Origin: the human T2T-CHM13v2.0 reference genome, Homo sapiens | Assembly: GCF_009914755.1 (NCBI RefSeq) | Contig: NC_060943.1 | DNA: 64,000 nt | Direction: 5' to 3' (one strand) | Notes under the pieces: model-generated | Database searches by the model: none | What the model was told of the DNA's origin: nothing | The model's input: the letters and a program-made list of their open reading frames with translations, nothing else | Program-made: the position numbers and the translations under genes | Shown: in pieces, positions 58,121 to 64,000 of the stretch | How the letters are laid out: every line of letters starts with the position of its first letter | Position numbering within the stretch: the stretch's first letter is position 1

Positions 58121-60064
58121 CTAAGACAATTGTTCAACACCAAAGATTTCAATGATGGAAAGGGCAAATCCTCATGAGCGGAAACGGTGACACCCCAACT
58201 TCTCCTGCTCCCCGAGACAAAGCCAATATGATTCTAAGGAGGCCTTTTCTTTACAAAGAAATGTGCCTTCCAAAAGGAGGAACCATGTCACCAATTAAGA
58301 CATTTCCCAAGCATTTGCTAACCTACTTACAGGCATCATTGCTCCCTTGGGCCTGGGGACCCCTCCACCTTCCTGAACGGAGTAGCTGAATAGGTAAATG
58401 GGTTATATCAGGCCAGGAAATCAATGTGTATACTGTGTTCTCAGCCACAGATGAGCATGTCGAAGCCATTCTATTATAGCTCTAGGAGCCGTATTGATCC
58501 AGCTGTAACTACTCGGAGGTGGCCCGCAATCCAATGAGAACACATCCATCTGTCCATCCAGCCGCCTCTCTCCCCCAGTAGTGCTTAGAGAGTAAGTGTT
58601 TGCAGATTGGATTAATTTAATGTTTGCTTAATCAAAACTGACTACCCTGGAACTTAAATGCTATTAATTACTAAGAGAATCCAGAACTAATTCACTAGCA
58701 CTGTGAGGCCGGGGAGGAACAGCCGCTCTGCAGAGAAAGGGAGTTTCTGTTTGTCTCTCTTTCCAGATGTTCATTTTGTGGCCTTCCCCACTCCCATTAC
58801 CACTCACTCACCTGCTTTCCCTCACAGCCTTCTAAAAAGAAAAAAAGTACTTGCTACTTTGGTGTTTGCTCTTTGGAGCATGCATGCCGCATGCATGGGA
58901 GTCTGCTGGTTGGATACACAGAGCCTCCACCTCAGATGTCCCGGCAGCATGCATTGCGTCACTTGCTTTTCCAGTGCGCTCTGGTGAAATAGCACCCTGT
59001 CTTTCATCTACTTCTTGGTGCAAATGGTTCTTTCCCAGAGCCCCGAGAGCTCCCCAAAGATAGGAGCTCCCCAAAGACTTGCTAATCTGTGATGCCCCAG
59101 CACCGAGCACTGTGCCTGTTGCATACTGGCATTAGCAAGTGTTTTCTGAACTGAACTGGGGGAGGAGACGATGGCCCCTGCCAAGGGCTCTATGTTTACA
59201 AAGCCCTCTGCGGCATTGACACCTCTCCAGGGAGTGTCTCAGAGGCTTCAGTTCAACTGCACCTGCATCCAATCCTCCATCTTCCTTGTCCTTGAAAAGA
59301 CAGCAGACTGTTCTTAGAACCAGGACCCAATGCCTATCTTGCTTATGAATTAAATGCCATCACAAGAGGAGTGTGAAAGTGCATATCTGCCTCCAAATCT
59401 ATCCCATGGCTTTGCAAAAGCGTAACCAAGGACCACAAAATGCCATGCAGTTCAGCCAGAGGGCTAGCAGGAGCCAGAAGAGGCACTGCTACACCCTGAA
59501 ACGTGTCTTTAGCCCCAGCAATACCACAGGCTTTTGGTAAAACAACTGCATCTGGGCATCTGCAGTTTGGCCATGAGCACATATCACATCTCATGAACAT
59601 CTCACTATTTGTGGTGAGTGGTGAGTGGTTCCACTATCCACTATGTGTATTGTACAGAAAAACTCCACTGCTCTCCAAAGGGAATTCCTCTGCTGAGCAC
59701 CTGGCCCCTGGGGTGGTCACTCCTTAAAGCAGAGGTTCTTCTGCAAGGGCATGGTTCTCAGCCCCCAGCTACCACTCGGGAACTTGCAGCTATTATTACA
59801 GGCATTGCAGACTTAAATCCCTACAAGGACACAGCAGGCAGAGTAAATGACCGAAGCTAGTAAGGCATACGTCCCTATGCAGTGGAGAGGAGCAGAGCAA
59901 ACTGGGGAGCCTGTCCCTCTCCAGGAGGGGCTGCTGTGACTCAGCGCTCACTGCTGTTCCCCTGCAGAACACAGGCTCAGTATGAATAAATCTTCTTACT
60001 TCTGCATGACCTCACCCTACAGTAAAATGCTGGCAACGAATTCAATTTTTAAAACATTCACATG

Positions 60065-60250
60065 TCATTCAAATAAGGTCTATAGTTCAGTTAATAATAT
60101 TGTACCAATGCCAGTTTCCTGGTTTTGATAATGTGCTATGGTCATGTAAGATGTTACCATTGGGGGAAGGTGGGGAAAGAATACAGGAGAATTCTTGGTG
60201 CTATTCTTGCAACTTTGTGTGCATCTTAAATTATTTTAAAATGGAAAATT
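60065..60250 (+). mobile_element. L1MC/L1ME 3' end
   Basis: tgtaccaatg..tttcctggttttgata..gtaagatgttaccattggggga..ttgcaact. Confidence 0.8.
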
Positions 60251-61214
60251 AAACACACACACACACAGTGCAGGCCAAGCTACATAGCTCAACAAGCCAT
60301 AGGTTTTCTAAGTTTGTTGACATCCCTTGGTCACATCAAAGTGGGCTAGTGCCTCACGGGCAAAATGGGAGAAAGACCCAAAACCCTGACCTGACAGCTT
60401 CCACACATGGCCAACCTCAGCTGTTGACCTTTTTATGGAACCAGTGCCCTGGAGGTGACACTGCAGACTTAGCTCACTGAAGTCCTGCCTTTGCCAGATT
60501 TCTGAAATCAAATCACCACTGCACCACACAACACCCACTAATTCATATGCATTTTGCACAAATAATTCTTATTTGATGAATAGAGCACCAGACTTACAAT
60601 TCAGCCGTGGTGTGGTAAATTACACTGGCCAGATTAACTGTACAAAGAACACCTCTCAAAACAATGATTTCACTTCGAGCTAAGGGGGAACAAGTGCCCT
60701 TTCTTTCATTTCTAAATTACATTTTCAATCATAAATATTGAAAATTACATTTCTGATCACCGCTGTCACCTTGTGAGTAGTGGCACACGAGCCCCACAGA
60801 CACACGGGTTTTTACAGAAGGAAAGCGAGAGCCATTAGAACACCCTAACCACTTTGAGTTTTAAAGGGCCTGTTCTCCCAGCCCACAAGATTATAAAACA
60901 ATGGCACCCTTTGGAGCTTGCAGAGGCAGGGAGAAGCAGTCTCACTGGCACATTGGTTGTTAAACATATGGAATTATTACTCTGGGTGTATTTTACCACT
61001 TATTATACATGGGCTGTTCCAAGTATATACAGGTAGGTATGGTGCAGCCATTGCCCCAGAGAGGCAGACAGGAAAACAGATCATACTTCTGCCTGGTAGA
61101 CCTCTGAAACATGTGAGCTTCTTGCTATGAGCAAAATAATTTTTTTAATGTAAAATAGGGGGTAGCACGCTCATCTTCCTCTCCAGTAATAACAAAAGTC
61201 AGGATCGTAAGGAC

Positions 61215-61550
61215 AGCTGGGTGCTGTGACTGATGCCTGTAATCTCAACACTTCGGGAGGCCGAGGCAAGAGGATTGCTTGAGGCCAGGGGTTCAAGACT
61301 AGCCTGGGAAACAGAGGAAGACTCTGTCTCAGAAACAACAACAAAATTAGCCAGACATGGTGGTGTATGCCTATAGTCCCAGCTATTTGGGAAGCTGAGG
61401 CAGGAGGATCACTGGAGCATGGGAGTTCGAGGCTACAGTGAGCTGTGATGGTGTCGCTGTACTCCATCCCAGGCAACAGAGTAAGACCCTGTCTCAAAGA
61501 AATAATATAATAAAATAAGACCAAAATAATCTTGAAAAAATGAAATAAAA
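61215..61550 (+). mobile_element. AluJ
   Basis: aggattgcttgaggccagg; gtaagaccctgtctc followed by an A-rich tail. Confidence 0.9.
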
Positions 61551-62589
61551 ATGAATGCTGCATGTAGAAACTTGGAAAAATAAAATAAAAAAGACAGTAA
61601 GGATGGAGAGGCTCTTCAAAGGAAAGATGAATGGAGTGTTAAAATTACTTGGCTGAGGAAATAGCAGGAAAGAGGCAGAGCTGCCCCCGTGGTCCTGGCT
61701 GGGAAAAGGGAAGGGTGGAAGAGACTCTGATAGAAACACAAGGCTAGAAGCAGAGTCCGTCTGAAAGACTTAGATGGTGAGCTAGTTTAGCTGCAGGTAT
61801 TTTGACATTAAGATGAAAATAAAGCGCTTGCCTACAATGAAGAAACCAAACACCCACCTCAACCAATGAATCATATCCTTCAAGACATATACCCCTGGTG
61901 CCTTTAGATATAACCAACACTAGGTTCAACTCTTCTCTGGATCCATATACCTGTCAGGCATGTGGAAGGACCATTAATAGACTGTAGCAATCTCTCTACC
62001 CACTGGCTCACATCAGGGATGTACTGACCACTCTGCTTATGCTGGACCACACCAAACCCAGGCAACACTAAGCCATGCAAAGTCATACATAGAATCTCCC
62101 ATATCCTAAAGACGAAGCCCATAATATATTCTTGCAACTCTGCATTCCAGAGTCCCCTTCCCCCACATGTATAGTATGCTTATAGTAGTCCCTTAAGCAT
62201 AAAGTTGTACAGACCCTAACATGGTAGTATTTGTACATCACCTCCGTGCCTTGCTCTAGCACTCAGAGTTCTAGTACAGGCATCAAGGGTGTCTGCTGCA
62301 AGCATGCACCAGAGGGCTAACGCCCCAGGACAGCCCTCCACTCCACCAGTAGCAGATAGGAGTTGATGGATTCATACCCAGCCATTTCCTCCCTTACTTG
62401 GAACAACTCAGGATTTTTTTACATTCCCAGAGCTCCCAGCTGCCAGGCAAAGCAATCTGCTCATTCAATGTGTTCTGTATCAGTCTCCTTCCCTTCCCTT
62501 CTTCTCTCGGGCTAGATGGGATTAAGGCCTAAAGACCACCTATGTTAGCCAGAGTTCTCCAGAGAAACAGAGTCAATGGGATGTGTATA

Positions 62590-63334
62590 CACACACTGCA
62601 TAACAACATTTTGGTCAACGATGGACCACATCTACCATGGTGCTCCTATAAGATAAAAATATAGCTGAAAATTTTCTATCGCTCAGTGATGTCTTAGCCA
62701 TCATGACTGTCAATAACATCTGATATGGTTTGGCTGTGTCCCCATCCAAATCTAGAATTGTAGCTCCCATAATTCCCTGTGTCATCAGAGGGACCCAGTG
62801 GGAGGTAATTGAATCATGGGGGCAGGTCTTTCCCGTGCTGTTCTCATGATGGTGAATAAATCCATGAGATCTGATGGTTCCATAAAGGGGATGTTCCCCT
62901 GCACATGTTCTCTCTTGCCTGCCACTATGTAAGACATTTCTTTCACCTTCTCCTATGATTGTGAGGCCTCCTCAATCATGTGAAACTGAGTCCATTAAAC
63001 CTCTTTTTCTTTATAAATTACCCAGTCTCGGATATGTCTTTATCAGTGCGCAAAAACGGGCTAATACAACATCATAGCAGAATGCACTATGTTTAAATTT
63101 GTTTAGATAACACAAGTACTTATCACTGCATTACAGTTGCCTGTAGTATTCAGTACAGTAATATGCTCACAGATTTGTAGCCTGAGAGAAATAGGCTACA
63201 CCGTATAGTCTAGGCGTGTAGTAGGCCATACCATGTAGGTTTGTGTATGTACGCTATGAGGTTCACACAATGACATAATCACCTAAGGATGCATTTCTCA
63301 GAAAGTATCCCCATGGTTAAGCAATGCATGATTG
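62590..63334 (+). mobile_element. Tigger3 (GOLEM/MER7-type) element split by THE1B
   Basis: gcataacaacattttggtcaacgatggacc..; ends ccccatggttaagcaatgcatgattg-TA. Confidence 0.85.
62721..63068 (+). mobile_element. THE1B-like MaLR solo LTR
   Basis: tgatatggtttggctgtgtcccc..ctaataca; TSD acatc at 62716 and 63069. Confidence 0.95.
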
Positions 63335-64000
63335 TATATGGAGAGCCAAATTCACTTAAAGGAATTGGTTCACATGATTTTGGAGGCTGGCAAGTCCAAA
63401 ATCTGCTGGTTAGGCCTGCAGGCTGGAGACCCACCCAAGGAAGGACCAGTGATGCTGTTCCAGTTGGAAGGTTGTCTGCTGCAGAATTCTCTCTTGCTCA
63501 GGGGAGGTCAGTCTTTTGTTCTATTCAGACTTTCAAATAACTGGATGCCCACTTTATGGAGGGCAATTAGCTTTACTCAAAGTCTACTGATATAAATGTT
63601 ACTTTCATCCAAAAACATCCATAACAATTTTCACTAAATATTTGGGCACCGTGGCCCAGCCAAGTTGACACATAAAATTAACCATCATACCTCCATTCCC
63701 CATCCCCTACCAGTGTGTCCTGCAACCACCACTGAAAGAAACAACTTGCACTCTAATTCTTGTAACAGTGTCTGCTTCTGGGGGAACCTAATTTAAAACG
63801 TTGTATTTTTAGTATACTGTGACTTGGAAAATAAATGAAAGCATAGAAATGCTTAGTCCTCTTTCAAAAACCTAGTGACCCATGAAAGCACTTGGCCCAC
63901 AGTTTGGGAACCACTGCATTGCAGGTGCTGGAGTTTAATGCCTAGAAAGGCCCACGCAATCTCTAAGGCCATGTAAACACAGATGTTTCCAAAGTCGTTG

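Larger units (their letters stand above)
62541..63689 (-). mobile_element. MLT2B-like LTR (pieces 62541-~62588 and ~63337-63689)
   Basis: ttagccagagttctccagagaaacag and caagttgacacataaaattaaccatca; TSD-like ccacc/cctcc. Confidence 0.85.
62240..63800 (+). mobile_element. LTR16C-like LTR split by nested insertions (pieces ~62240-62540 and 63690-63800; 5' boundary uncertain)
   Basis: cagccctc..ggagttgatggat..cccagagctcccagc; resumes with cccctacc..acttgcactc..gtctgcttctggggga. Confidence 0.65.

Noticed and set aside
62306-62319. CTCF-like motif gcaccagagggcta; also weak matches at ~15862 and ~31898
   Set aside because: Mismatches at informative positions; single motif hits are not supportable without ChIP data

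Overview
Primate (human-like) non-coding genomic DNA, either intergenic or deep intronic. I see no credible protein-coding exon, CpG-island promoter or intact RNA gene, and I cannot name the locus from sequence alone. Layout: (1) 1-3562, a decayed class III ERV (ERVL/ERV3-16A3-like pol, integrase and dUTPase remnants) ending in an LTR16A-type LTR. (2) ~5.2-17 kb, a block without Alus or recognisable young transposons, rich in AT-rich, TF-motif-dense segments that look like developmental enhancers, including MEIS + PBX-HOX composites. (3) 17-39 kb, mixed unique DNA, Alus, MaLR/ERVL LTRs and DNA-transposon fossils, with an old 225-bp local duplication and a cluster of five AGATAAG sites at 26.8-27.5 kb. 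(4) 39.4-51.6 kb, a stack of nested old L1s containing a tailless tRNA-Gln(CTG) 5'-fragment retrocopy. (5) 52-64 kb, Alus, a duplicated AluJ plus flank that later received an AluS, MER1A, and a four-layer LTR16C>MLT2>Tigger3>THE1B nest. I found no evidence for a novel protein-based system. The best candidates for undescribed function are the putative enhancers and the local duplications. Repeat subfamily names come from recalled consensus similarity and need RepeatMasker/Dfam confirmation.
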